Positions 1 through 10,180 of a stretch of 64,000 bases of DNA are shown one piece after another. The notes under the pieces were generated by a model that was given only the letters and a program-made list of their open reading frames with translations, did no database searches and was not told the DNA's origin. The stretch is taken from assembly GCA_963818475.1 (NCBI GenBank), contig CAWFSF010000002.1, forward strand, positions 736,001 to 800,000. The letters are read 5' to 3'. Made by a program: the position numbers and the translations under genes. How positions within the stretch are numbered: the first letter of the stretch is position 1; each line of letters starts with the position of its first letter. Origin of the DNA: Nitrospirota bacterium. Its GTDB lineage: Bacteria; Nitrospirota; UBA9217.

Positions 1-590
1 TTGGTCTTACCTCGTCCTTGGCCTACAAATCTCAAGACTGCCACTTCATCTACTTTTAATTCCTTACATAACTCGGCCACCGCTCGAAAATCGGCATAGT
101 TCAACTTCATCGGAACAAAGTGTACACCTACCCATAAACCGGCATCTTTTGCATTTTTTATGCTGCTTATGACACTTGTATAACTGCCCTTAGCCCTGCT
201 GACTTTTTCGTGAATTTGGGCAGTCGAACCCTCCAAGTTAAAAATAATCCGGTCTAAGTGCAGGGCCTTAAATTGTATTAGCTGCTCCTTGGAAATGCCG
301 CTGTTCGACTTTCCTAAAAAACCAGAAGTATAAAGTCTAACTTTGAATTGACTAGATGCTTCTTGGATTAACGTGTTTATATCAGGATGGAGCAACGGCT
401 CTCCGCCCGATAGTTCAATAACATGCGTACCTAGGAGCTTTGCATCGTGAAGGATTTCTCTAAATTTGGGCAGGTCGATTTTTGAGGAGTTACTTATTGT
501 AGATGAGGATGAACAATGCACGCAGTTCATCATGCATTTTCCAGTTACTTCGATACATAATTCTTCCAGGCCAGTTATTAGTTTTGCCAT
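1..590 (-). CDS. Radical SAM protein (probably SPASM-type), 3' end outside window
   Basis: Hand-translated (not in ORF track): MAKLITGLEELCIEVTGKCMMNCVHCSS...IELSGGEPLLHPD; CxxxCxxC and GGEP motifs; open to position 1. Confidence 0.85.
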   Translation of the reverse strand, partial: MAKLITGLEELCIEVTGKCMMNCVHCSSSSTISNSSKIDLPKFREILHDAKLLGTHVIELSGGEPLLHPDINTLIQEASSQFKVRLYTSGFLGKSNSGISKEQLIQFKALHLDRIIFNLEGSTAQIHEKVSRAKGSYTSVISSIKNAKDAGLWVGVHFVPMKLNYADFRAVAELCKELKVDEVAVLRFVGQGRGKT

Positions 591-599
591 TTTATCAGC

Positions 600-1070
600 T
601 CATAATATTTGTCGCCTAGATGCTTTTACTCTCAGTGCCTTATCGGGTATTTCAAACTTGTTAAGTGTTAAAGATCTAACCAATGACTTTGTTTCCGCAG
701 TCGTGATGAGAGAGTACTGTCTAGTGACGGGATCGTAGTCTCGGCTGCCTTCAATTACATATGGAACATTTCCGATAACGTAGAACGATTTTTCACTCAA
801 AGGAGATTTTACTTCAGGAAAATCTTTTTTAAATTCCTGAACGGCCCTCTTAATTCTGTACGTACTGGCACCGGCCTCATTGAGTCTAAGAATAGTTTTG
901 ATAGTTACAAGATCAGTGAAAGAATATCTATAATGACCGCCCTTGCTCTTTTTGCTGAGATCAGGGGATAAAATCCCTATTTTTCTCCAGTATAGCAGAA
1001 CCTTCCTGTTGATACCAAGAATGGCCTCTATATGACTGCTTGTGAAGTATAAATTGATGTTTTCTTCCAT
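600..1070 (-). CDS. MerR-family HTH transcriptional regulator
   Basis: ILGINRKVLLYWRKIGILSP...GGHYRYSFTDL MerR HTH pattern; ATG at 1070 chosen within ORF 600..1115. Confidence 0.75.
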   Translation of the reverse strand: MEENINLYFTSSHIEAILGINRKVLLYWRKIGILSPDLSKKSKGGHYRYSFTDLVTIKTILRLNEAGASTYRIKRAVQEFKKDFPEVKSPLSEKSFYVIGNVPYVIEGSRDYDPVTRQYSLITTAETKSLVRSLTLNKFEIPDKALRVKASRRQIL

Positions 1071-1276
1071 GGTTATAGTTTCCCTATTGTTATCATTTTT
1101 AGACGATTTTGTCAACTATATTTCTGTTTTTCTTACGATAATGTCTAAAAAATAATTAACACAATAAATACACTTGAGAGCTCATCAAATTGTTAAAATT
1201 GAATTGTAATGCTAGCGTGATCTGAATATACTCAAGTTGATGAAAGCATTCTGAAACAATGCGAAGACTCAGGGAC

Positions 1277-2984
1277 ATCCTATAGCCCCCTTGTCAAGTG
1301 CAACTTGCTTTCGCTGAAATTCCAATACGATAACTGACGGTTTTTCTTGAAGACGCACTTCACCCATGCGTCCTGTTCGGACATCAGCATTTTCTTCGAC
1401 GACTTTCTCACGTAAAGCGAACTTGCTCTCTAAGCGTTATAAATATCCGGCGTGCCGTTGCCGCCAAGCATCCCTTATCCAGATTCTCAAGTTCTATGAG
1501 AGGCCCTGTATTGTCCCTCACGAGGTCATTCGCCTCAACGTTGTGTCCCGGGCTCTCTACGTCGAAATTCAATTTTCAGTCCGGCCTATGCCTTACTACC
1601 CCCCTGGCTGAGGTATTTCGGGTCGAATGTTTCTTTTTTCTTCATGAGCGTCCAAGCGATGATCAACAGTTTTGCTGCCAGTTTCACCCGCATCTTGGTG
1701 CCAATCCCTTTTTCCCGCTCCCGTCCCTTTATCTTATTCGTGTGGTAGACGATGAACTCTTTATAGTTGAGCGAACTGATGATCGCCGCCTGATACAGTG
1801 CGTAGCGGAGATCGGATTTTCCGTGTTTTGAGATCACAGGCGTGGAGCTGTTTGACGTTTTTCCGCTTCGGCTCGCGCACAGATCGAATCCGGCCATCTT
1901 CAATACCTGCTTACCGTTCGTAAAGCGTTCGGGATCGCCGATGGCAGCCAGGACCTTGGAAGACACATCCGGACCGAACCCGGGAATCATGAGAAGGAAC
2001 GAGTACTCCGGAAACTTCAGGCAAATATCCTCGATCTTATCTTCAACGGTCTTGATCGTCTCCCGGACTTGGTGAAGTCCCATCACCATGATCTGTGCTT
2101 CCACGGACACCGCTTCTCCGACGATGCAGCCAATGGACTGCTTGGCAGCCCGCCATATCTGCGTAAGCCGCCGCTGCTGCGCCATATTCACCTTGCCGGG
2201 CGATACCGTCCGGCAGAACTCGTCGTATTCCATAAGGGAGATAAGCGAGGGATCCATGCATCGCTGGACCACGTTCAGACTCGCTACCGAACCGAAGTGC
2301 TGGTCCATTTCCGGGAAGTACTGGGCCAGAAGCTGATTGCGGATGCGGACCCGGAGACCGTGCTCCTCTTTTTTGAGCCGTTTCTTTAAGGACAACAGCC
2401 CCCGCAAGGACCGCAGATCCTCCCCCGGGCAGTCGTAGTACAGGCATTTTCCCAGGGAGATTAGGTCGGCGACATTCGCGGCATCTTTGGTGTCGTGCTT
2501 ATCCCATCGGCCATCCATAAGCTCACGGTTCTTTGACGTGGCTGCAGCAGATACCAGAACAACCAAGTGTCCGCCCTTGATGAGATATTCTCCCAGGGGT
2601 TTATGATAATTGGCCGTGGGTTCCAGTCCGAAAACTACTTTGCGCAGGCCATGCTGCACCTTGAGCGCGTCCGTTTGGATCAGGAGCTTTTGGAAACCAT
2701 CGTACGTATTATCAAAGAACATCCCTTTGTGCAGTGTCCTACCGGTCGCGGTGCCAAAGAAGGCATTATGCCGTTCCTTGGCGACATCAAGTCCTACGAC
2801 CAAATACTGCGTCGAACCGCGAATCTCTTTCTTGAATTGACAAAATTCCTGCAGCCTGATACCATCTGAATCATTCATGAGAGGCCTCCTGTGCGAGAAT
2901 TTAGTTTCGGGATAAACTTATTCTTAGCAGGAGGCTTCTCTTTTTGCTAGCTTATAAGATAATTTTCTTTCAGCTATACTGATC
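1277..2984 (-). mobile_element. IS110/IS1111-family insertion sequence, predicted full element
   Basis: Transposase flanked by short subterminal inverted TATAGC (1281-1286) / GCTATA (2973-2978) and a shared ATC core at 1277-1279 and 2982-2984; ends inferred. Confidence 0.65.
1586..2878 (-). CDS. IS110-family transposase/recombinase
   Basis: DEDD residues GLDVAK, LEPT, KHDTKDA; IPGFG HhH; SRSGK serine motif; GKSDLRYALY; AGGAGG RBS. Confidence 0.95.
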   Translation of the reverse strand: MNDSDGIRLQEFCQFKKEIRGSTQYLVVGLDVAKERHNAFFGTATGRTLHKGMFFDNTYDGFQKLLIQTDALKVQHGLRKVVFGLEPTANYHKPLGEYLIKGGHLVVLVSAAATSKNRELMDGRWDKHDTKDAANVADLISLGKCLYYDCPGEDLRSLRGLLSLKKRLKKEEHGLRVRIRNQLLAQYFPEMDQHFGSVASLNVVQRCMDPSLISLMEYDEFCRTVSPGKVNMAQQRRLTQIWRAAKQSIGCIVGEAVSVEAQIMVMGLHQVRETIKTVEDKIEDICLKFPEYSFLLMIPGFGPDVSSKVLAAIGDPERFTNGKQVLKMAGFDLCASRSGKTSNSSTPVISKHGKSDLRYALYQAAIISSLNYKEFIVYHTNKIKGREREKGIGTKMRVKLAAKLLIIAWTLMKKKETFDPKYLSQGGSKA

Positions 2985-3452
2985 GTTTGATCTATTCGCT
3001 TAATGATATATAACGTTGACACGCGACGAACCCTAATATACGACTCAGTGCGACGTTCATGCGCAAGTTACAGCTACAATATCACACCTCTTCCAGTCGA
3101 TCATGTCTGCACAGTTGTAGGTGAAGCTCGGAGTACCTGGATTACTGATGACGCGACTAATTCCGTCCATCTAATAACGGCAGCTTGAATCGTCGGGAAT
3201 CGGAGCGAGCACGATGAGTAGCCCACGCACCATCATCTTTACGCAAGACAGCCCGTTCTTCTAAATGGTCACGGCATTCCTGGCGGCAACCGCGGGAATA
3301 GGGTCCGTTTTCGAAAAGGATGCCTTCAAATATGAAGCACAGCAAGCCCTGACCTCAAACCAGCCAAATTATCAAACCCCTTGACAACCTGCACCCGGTA
3401 TAGGTATATATAGTCTGCTTCAAAAGCACAACAACACAGAACGAGGTGACCC

Positions 3453-5360
3453 ATGGCTGTAGAAAAAATGGAGTTCAAGACCGAAGTAAAAGAGCTGCTG
3501 GACCTCATGATCCACTCGCTCTATTCCCATAAGGAGATCTTCCTGCGGGAGCTCATCTCGAACGCTTCCGACGCCATCGACAAGGCGCGCTACGAATCGC
3601 TCACGAACAAGGAGATCTTCGGGAACACGGGCGAATGGAAGATCAAGATCATCGTGGACAAGGCCGCCGGCACGCTTACGGTGAGCGACAACGGCATCGG
3701 CATGACCCACGACGAAGTGATCGCCGAGCTCGGCACGATCGCGCACTCGGGCACCAAGGACTTTCTGCGGGCGCTCAAGGGCAAGGAGCTGAAGGACAAG
3801 CCCGAGCTGATCGGGCAGTTCGGCGTGGGCTTCTATTCCTCCTTCATGGTGGCCGACAAGGTGACGGTGATCACGCGCAAAGCGACCGAGAAGACGAAGA
3901 AGGCGGTGAAATGGGAATCCACGGCTGACGGTTCCTTCATCATCGACGAGGCTGAAAAGGAACGTGCCGGGACCGACGTGGTCCTGCACCTCAAATCAGA
4001 GGACAAGAACTATCTGAACGAGTGGGAGATCAAGACGATCATCCGCAAATACTCCGACTACATCGAGCATCCCGTGGTCATGGACATCGAGCGGGAAAAG
4101 GAAGACCCGGCTGACAAGGACAAAAAGATCAAGGTCTCCGAAGAAGAGACCATGAACGCGGGCAAGGCCATCTGGCTGAAGGACCCGTCGGAGGTCAAGG
4201 CCGATGAATATAATGAATTTTACAAGCACATCTCGCATGATTTCGGCGACCCGGCAAAGGTCATCCATTTCCGCGCCGAGGGCACGTCGGAGTTCACGGC
4301 GCTGCTCTATGTTCCGTCCAAGGCGCCCTACGGCATCCTGTACAAGGACTACAAGATCGGGCCGACCCTGTATGTCAAACGGGTCCAGATCATGGACCAC
4401 TGCGAGCAGCTCATTCCCGAGTATCTGCGCTTTGTAAAGGGCGTGGTGGACTCATCGGACCTTCCGCTGAACGTATCGCGCGAGATCCTGCAGTCCAACA
4501 AGCACGTGGAGGTCATCAAAAAGAACGTCGTGAAAAAGGTCCTCGACACCCTGGCGGACATGAAGAAGAACGACCCTGACGCCTACCTCAATTTTCACAA
4601 GGAGTTCGGCAGGGTCCTGAAGGAAGGCATCCATTTCGATTTTTCCCGCAAAGAGCAGATCGCGGACCTGCTCCTGTTCCCGTCCATCAAGACCGAGGCG
4701 GGCAAATTCACGACCTTCGACGACTATGTGAAGAACATGCCGCTGGCGCAGACCGAGATCTATTACATCACGGGCAAACCCGACGAGAACGTGCTGCAGT
4801 CGCCCTACCTCGAAGCGTTCCGCGGCAAGGGCTACGATGTTCTGATCATGACCGATGACATCGACGACATCATCATGAGCGGGCTGCAGGAGTACAAGGG
4901 CAAGAAGATCAAGTCCGTGATCAAGGGCGACATCAGCCTCGACAAGACCGAGCAGGCTGAGAAGGAAAAGTCGAAGGAGAAGTTCGAGAAGCTGCTGGCC
5001 CGGATCAAGGAACAGTTGAAGGACGAGGTAAAGGACGTGCGGCTTTCGGGGAGGCTCACGGACTCCGCCTGCTGCCTGGTCGCCGACGAAGGCGGCCTCG
5101 ATCCGCAGATGGAAAAAATGCTGCGCGCCATGGGGCAGGACGTTCCGTCCAGCAAGCGGGTCCTGGAGATCAACCCTACCCACGGAGTCTTCGAGGTCAT
5201 GAACAGGATCCTTGAAAATGGCGGGCAGGACGACATCATAAAGGAATATACGGACCTGCTGTACAACCAGGCGCTGCTGCTCGAAGGATCGAAGCTCAAA
5301 GACCCGGCAGGCTTCGCAAAATCAGTAGCAAAGCTGATGCTCGATAATGTGACGCGGTAA
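3453..5360 (+). CDS. htpG: Molecular chaperone HtpG (Hsp90)
   Basis: SLYSHKEIFLRELISNASDA, IGQFGVGFYS, DLPLNVSREILQ. Confidence 0.98.
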   Translation: MAVEKMEFKTEVKELLDLMIHSLYSHKEIFLRELISNASDAIDKARYESLTNKEIFGNTGEWKIKIIVDKAAGTLTVSDNGIGMTHDEVIAELGTIAHSGTKDFLRALKGKELKDKPELIGQFGVGFYSSFMVADKVTVITRKATEKTKKAVKWESTADGSFIIDEAEKERAGTDVVLHLKSEDKNYLNEWEIKTIIRKYSDYIEHPVVMDIEREKEDPADKDKKIKVSEEETMNAGKAIWLKDPSEVKADEYNEFYKHISHDFGDPAKVIHFRAEGTSEFTALLYVPSKAPYGILYKDYKIGPTLYVKRVQIMDHCEQLIPEYLRFVKGVVDSSDLPLNVSREILQSNKHVEVIKKNVVKKVLDTLADMKKNDPDAYLNFHKEFGRVLKEGIHFDFSRKEQIADLLLFPSIKTEAGKFTTFDDYVKNMPLAQTEIYYITGKPDENVLQSPYLEAFRGKGYDVLIMTDDIDDIIMSGLQEYKGKKIKSVIKGDISLDKTEQAEKEKSKEKFEKLLARIKEQLKDEVKDVRLSGRLTDSACCLVADEGGLDPQMEKMLRAMGQDVPSSKRVLEINPTHGVFEVMNRILENGGQDDIIKEYTDLLYNQALLLEGSKLKDPAGFAKSVAKLMLDNVTR

Positions 5361-5393
5361 AAACCGGAAGCGCGGCTGGTACCATTGAAAACA

Positions 5394-5437
5394 AAAGCAC
5401 CTCTTCGCGATCAGCATGGCAGGGGTGCTTTTCTTTT
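5394..5437 (+). terminator. Intrinsic terminator after htpG
   Basis: AAAAGCACC...GGTGCTTTTCTTTT stem plus U tract. Confidence 0.6.
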
Positions 5438-5613
5438 GTCTTTATGTAACTATTCAGCACATCTGAACCTGGAAGGGTATTACGTCGGAGAAAAACCGTT
5501 TATCCGCAGATTTCCGAAGCAGATTCAGGCCTGGTTTAATCTGTGAAATCTGCGTAATTTGGAATTTTTAAGTAAGGGCGGGTTTCAAAACCCGCCCAAG
5601 CGAAAACGGAAGG

Positions 5614-6201
5614 ATGGTAAACATGTTGCCCGAGATCTGCGTCAGTCTGCCACCTTGGGTCGAACAGTTCATTGCCGCGTCTCCGGGCGTGTACCGGGAT
5701 GCGGAAGAGCAGATGCGCTTTGTCATCGCGCTGGCCCGTGAGAATGTGCGGCATGGGACCGGCGGCCCTTTCGCCGCGGCGGTCTTTGACGGGAAGGGCC
5801 GTCTCGTTGCACCGGGGATAAACCTGGTGACTGCCGCGAACTGTTCCGTGCTCCATGCGGAGATCGTCGCGCTTATGCTTGCTCAAAAATCCCTTGCACG
5901 GTACGACCTGGGCGACGGCGGCAAACAGCGCTTCGACCTGGTGGCAACCACGGAACCCTGCGCCATGTGCTTTGGGGCAGTGCCCTGGTCGGGCGTGCAG
6001 CAGTTGGTCTGCGGAGCGCGTGACGAGGATGCGCGGGCCATCGGTTTTGATGAAGGGCCTAAACTTCCGGACTGGGTGTCCGCGTTGAACAGCCGCGGGA
6101 TCACGGTGCAGTGCGATGTGCTCAGGGAGGAAGCAGCAGCAGTGCTTCGGGAATACGTTGCCGCTGGCGGGGTGATCTATAATGCCGGGCGTCCTACTTA
6201 A
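5614..6201 (+). CDS. Nucleoside/guanine deaminase-family protein
   Basis: GGPFAAAVF, HAE and EPCAMC zinc deaminase motifs, IGFDEG. Confidence 0.9.
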   Translation: MVNMLPEICVSLPPWVEQFIAASPGVYRDAEEQMRFVIALARENVRHGTGGPFAAAVFDGKGRLVAPGINLVTAANCSVLHAEIVALMLAQKSLARYDLGDGGKQRFDLVATTEPCAMCFGAVPWSGVQQLVCGARDEDARAIGFDEGPKLPDWVSALNSRGITVQCDVLREEAAAVLREYVAAGGVIYNAGRPT

Positions 6202-7796
6202 TCCGCTTCTTCGGTATCAAGAAGTTCTTTTCGCGAAGGTATCATATCGTTCTTCTTCCTTACGACCACAACGGTCTCGGCGGCAAGATCTCCAAGCCGC
6301 TGCCACTTGAGCGTCCCTGCCAGGCAAACCGCTGACACCAGATAATAAAAAAAACCGTCCACGATGCGCAGCAGGTTCCGGAGAAATCCCGCGCCGATCC
6401 CGTTGGGGGTGAAGTCCGCTTTCAGGACCATGATATTGCACAGGCGTTTGCCCAGGGTCGCGCCGAGCATGCCCTCCAGCAGGGAGTGGTACAGGAAGCC
6501 GCCGATAAAATAGAACAGCACGGTACTGAAGATCAGAATGATGAACCGGACAGGATGGTGCGACATCCCGTCCCTGGTCACGAACAGCGCGATCGCGAGT
6601 GCGGGCGGAAGCAGGAGGAATAGCGTGTCCAGCAGAAAGGCCGCGAACCTGCGGAACAGGCTGGCAAACTCATACTCGATGCCGTTCTCCGTCCAGGTGC
6701 GCTTCTTGTACCGGCGGATCAACGTCGAGAAACCGAAGATGGCAAGGATGACCATCAGATTCGCGCAGACAACGATCAGCGCCACAATGCGCATGATGCG
6801 GGACGGGTTGAAAGCGCCATCGAGACGGACCGGATCCACGAGTACGTTGTTCTCGACCGTGTACAGGTTCTGGGAGAAAGGCTGCTGCAGAAGAAGCATC
6901 GGCTTTCCCTGATGCAGGAATGCGTTCCAGGTTGTGAGGCCGTTCTTGACAGGAAGCTGTGTCGGGCCGGACCAGGAGTTCTTCTCAAAAACATAGTAGT
7001 TGAGCGCCTGGTCAACGCCGCCCTGTTCGCGGCTGAAAAAATGGATCCGCTGCTCGTCCGCGGCCACCTGAAAGGATCCGGAAAAAGGTGCGAAGGCAGC
7101 AGGCGACCAGGTCGAGCCGTTCCAGATAGTCCAGGCGATGGTATTCCGGCCGGACCAGAAAAGACAGAGCCGTCCCTGGTGCCAGGCGAGCTCCATCTGC
7201 TGGAACAGCGGCTCCTGGCCGCCCTGGAGCAATTCGTCCGGGAAGGGGATGGTCGCTGCGATGCTGTCCCGGATCTGCGTGATTGCGATCTTGTCGCTGA
7301 AGCTGCTGAGAACGAACAATCCGCCTGGCGTGGTGATCCCTTTGGGGCAGCTCCCGATGCCGTTGGTCCGCACCTCGGTCCAGGCGGTCCCGTCATAGGT
7401 CCGGTACATTCCGCTGCTGAACAAAACGATCCTGCCGCCGGAGCCGCTGGCGGACCCATAGGGAAGGATCTCCTCAGGCCGTACTGCATTTGCTCCTTCA
7501 AGAACAGAAAGAACGTGTCTGGTCTCGGGCTCCTGCTTGTTCTTTAGGGAGACCTTGCTCATGTCGATCTTCTGCGAAAGGAGATATATGCGGTTGCCGT
7601 CGGACAGGGCGCCCGTCGTCATGGATTGCAGGGGCAGCATGTTAAACAGGAGGCCGGGCCTGAAGATCATGGTGATGAAGAACAGGGCATAGAAGGCGCC
7701 GAAGGCTCCCAAACCGAGGACTCCCACAGCGATGGCAAGATTTCTGTTGGTCTGTTTTTCTTTTTCCTGTTCAGGCAGGGAAGGGTCTTCGTTCAT
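6198..7796 (-). CDS. RDD-family membrane protein with large extracytoplasmic domain
   Basis: C-terminal ASLFRRFAAFLLD...GATLGKR...QRLGDLAAETVVV; N-terminal TM helix. Confidence 0.8.
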   Translation of the reverse strand: MNEDPSLPEQEKEKQTNRNLAIAVGVLGLGAFGAFYALFFITMIFRPGLLFNMLPLQSMTTGALSDGNRIYLLSQKIDMSKVSLKNKQEPETRHVLSVLEGANAVRPEEILPYGSASGSGGRIVLFSSGMYRTYDGTAWTEVRTNGIGSCPKGITTPGGLFVLSSFSDKIAITQIRDSIAATIPFPDELLQGGQEPLFQQMELAWHQGRLCLFWSGRNTIAWTIWNGSTWSPAAFAPFSGSFQVAADEQRIHFFSREQGGVDQALNYYVFEKNSWSGPTQLPVKNGLTTWNAFLHQGKPMLLLQQPFSQNLYTVENNVLVDPVRLDGAFNPSRIMRIVALIVVCANLMVILAIFGFSTLIRRYKKRTWTENGIEYEFASLFRRFAAFLLDTLFLLLPPALAIALFVTRDGMSHHPVRFIILIFSTVLFYFIGGFLYHSLLEGMLGATLGKRLCNIMVLKADFTPNGIGAGFLRNLLRIVDGFFYYLVSAVCLAGTLKWQRLGDLAAETVVVVRKKNDMIPSRKELLDTEEAD

Positions 7797-8083
7797 GGCC
7801 GTCCTAGTAAGAGGTTCAGCTGCGCATTTTTACTGGAAAGACAGTACCGCACCTGCGAAGAAATTGCAAGAAATTCAGCAGGGTATTTTAAGGGTAATGG
7901 GCGCCTGAGCCCGGTGGCTTGAAAGTGAGGGGCACCGGGCCGCGAGGATGACGCTCATCATACTGATATGCATCATAACGTCGGCGCTCGAAAAGGCGGA
8001 TACTGTATACATCAACCGCTCATCAACACAGGCTGCGCGGATATCTGGTACACTAATACTATTCATAGAATCAGGGAGGGACC

Positions 8084-9547
8084 ATGGAACTGAGCCCAAA
8101 AACAAAGATCGACGACCTGCTGAAGGACTACCCTTTCCTGCTGGACTATCTTGTCAGCAGGTCTCCGTCGTTCAGTCTGCTCAAGAACCCGGTCATGCGA
8201 AAGACCGTGGGCAAAATGGCGACCCTGGCGCAGGCCTCGGCGCTCGGCGCTGTTCCGATCGAAACACTGCTTGCCGATCTTGCAGCGGAGATCAGGGCAA
8301 AGACCGGGTCAGAGGTCGTGGTCAACCGGGAGGGAGGCGGGACTGTCGAGGCGCTCGCTGATGACAAAGCGCGCCAGGCAGTGCTGAAGGGGATCATCCG
8401 CGACCTGCACAAGGGCGTTGATATGGCCGTGCTCAAGAAACGCTTCCACGAGCTCATCAAGGACATCGATGCCTCCGAGATCGCCCATATGGAACAGCAG
8501 CTCATGAACGAAGGCATGCCCGAGAGCGAAGTGCGGCGGCTCTGCGACGTGCATGTTGAGGTGTTCAAGGAATCGCTTTCCCAGCAGGATGTGCCTTCGC
8601 TGCCGCCGGGCCATCCGATCAACACCTTTATGCTCGAGAACCGTGCGGCCGAGGGAATCCTCCATGAGCTGGGCCACGCGATCGCGAAGCTCAATGATAC
8701 CCCTGACAAGGAATTCTTTCAGCAACACCAGGCGCAGCTCGCGACGCTTATTGAAAAGCTTTCGCAGATCGATCTCCATTATCTGCGAAAAGAGAACCAG
8801 CTTTTCCCGATCCTCGAAAAGCACAGCATTACCGCGCCGTCGCAGGTCATGTGGGCGCTCCATGACGATATCCGCACGGCGCTCAAGTCCAGCCGCGCAG
8901 GGGTCCGGGACGCGCAGGTGCCCGAGGTGTTCAACAGCATCAGATACGCCCTGAAAAGCATTGCAGACATGATCTATAAAGAGGAGCACATTCTCTTCCC
9001 CATGGCAAAAGATCTGCTGACCGATGAGGAGTGGCTCGCGGTCAGGAGCGGCGAGGCTGAGGTGGGGTACGCCTGGATCACGCCTGGCACAGGCTGGATG
9101 CCCGGTGTTACGACCCCGGCAACGAGCGCAGCGCCCCGGCAGGATCTGCCCCTCGATACGGGCCATCTTTCGCTTACGCAGCTGAACCTGATGTTGAAAC
9201 ACCTGCCGATCGATATCTCGTTCGTGAACGAGCAGGACGAGGTGCTCTACTATTCAGCGCTCAAAGAGCGGCTCTTTCCGCGGAGCCCCGGCGTGATCGG
9301 CAGAAAGGTCCAGAACTGCCATCCCCCGAAAAGCATGAACATGGTGCAGAAGATCCTGGACGAGTTCAAGGCCGGGAGGCGCGATACCGCGGACTTCTGG
9401 ATCCAGATGAAAGGCAAGTTCATCCTGATCCGTTACTTTGCCGTGCGCGACGACCAGGGTGCGTACCAGGGAACGCTTGAAGTAAGCCAGGACGTGACGG
9501 ACATCAAAAAGCTTGAAGGGCAGAAGCGGCTGCTGGACTGGGATTAG
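8084..9547 (+). CDS. DUF438/hemerythrin/PAS domain protein
   Basis: EQQLMNEGM..LCDVHVEVF, GHPINTFMLEN, HYLRKENQLFP, KEEHILFP, VQNCHPPKS. Confidence 0.88.
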   Translation: MELSPKTKIDDLLKDYPFLLDYLVSRSPSFSLLKNPVMRKTVGKMATLAQASALGAVPIETLLADLAAEIRAKTGSEVVVNREGGGTVEALADDKARQAVLKGIIRDLHKGVDMAVLKKRFHELIKDIDASEIAHMEQQLMNEGMPESEVRRLCDVHVEVFKESLSQQDVPSLPPGHPINTFMLENRAAEGILHELGHAIAKLNDTPDKEFFQQHQAQLATLIEKLSQIDLHYLRKENQLFPILEKHSITAPSQVMWALHDDIRTALKSSRAGVRDAQVPEVFNSIRYALKSIADMIYKEEHILFPMAKDLLTDEEWLAVRSGEAEVGYAWITPGTGWMPGVTTPATSAAPRQDLPLDTGHLSLTQLNLMLKHLPIDISFVNEQDEVLYYSALKERLFPRSPGVIGRKVQNCHPPKSMNMVQKILDEFKAGRRDTADFWIQMKGKFILIRYFAVRDDQGAYQGTLEVSQDVTDIKKLEGQKRLLDWD

Positions 9548-9577
9548 ATGCTCAACTGCACTAAGCCAAAACAGTTT

Positions 9578-9669
9578 TCCCGCAGAGACGCAGAGGCGCA
9601 GAGAAAGCTTGAGAAACGGTTGTCAATTCCTGAGACTCGTTTTCCCTGCGGCTCAGCGCCTCAGCGGGA
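9578..9669. repeat. Palindromic element with triplicated 8-nt arm units
   Basis: TCCCGCAGAGACGCAGAGGCGCAGAGAAA ... TTTCCCTGCGGCTCAGCGCCTCAGCGGGA. Confidence 0.7.
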
Positions 9670-9759
9670 GACAGGTCCTGTTTTTGGTCCCGGCCGGGTC
9701 AACAGCATCCTATGATCCAGATCATGGACGTCCTTTTCTTCAGGATGTATGATGGGAAC

Positions 9760-10014
9760 ATGAAAAACATTGTTCTCGCCAGCTCAGCCCTGATCGTCCT
9801 TCTCTGCGCGGCCCAACCCGCCGCAGCTGCCTGCACCGTCTGCCACAGCAAGAATCCGAAGATGGTCAGCATGCATAAGGCGCTGCAGTACAAGGACTGC
9901 TTCAAGTGTCATGGCCCGGCGTCGGACCGGAAAACACCGAACGCCAAAGACGAGATGACGACCGATCCGCTTTGCGCAGGCTGCCATGCAGCAGGAACCA
10001 GCGCCGGTAAGTGA
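9760..10014 (+). CDS. Small triheme c-type cytochrome
   Basis: Signal peptide; CTVCH, CFKCH, CAGCH. Confidence 0.85.
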   Translation: MKNIVLASSALIVLLCAAQPAAAACTVCHSKNPKMVSMHKALQYKDCFKCHGPASDRKTPNAKDEMTTDPLCAGCHAAGTSAGK

Positions 10015-10180
10015 TCGTCCCCAGACCGCCTTCCCGCCGGCACCCTCAAAATTTCTATTCTGAACCTTGCCTTTTGACGCAGCTTGTAGTACGTTCTTAA
10101 TAGGCATTACGGAGGCATCAAACCTATCTGAAGCCGGAAGCGCGCATATGACGATGAACGGAAAGAACAAAAGCGAGGAA

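Noticed and set aside
1-590. Viperin assignment for the radical SAM protein
   Set aside because: Sequence around CxxxCxxC does not resemble viperins and the C-terminus is not visible
3003-3345. Short ORFs or transposase remnant between the IS and htpG
   Set aside because: No recognisable motif in the frames examined
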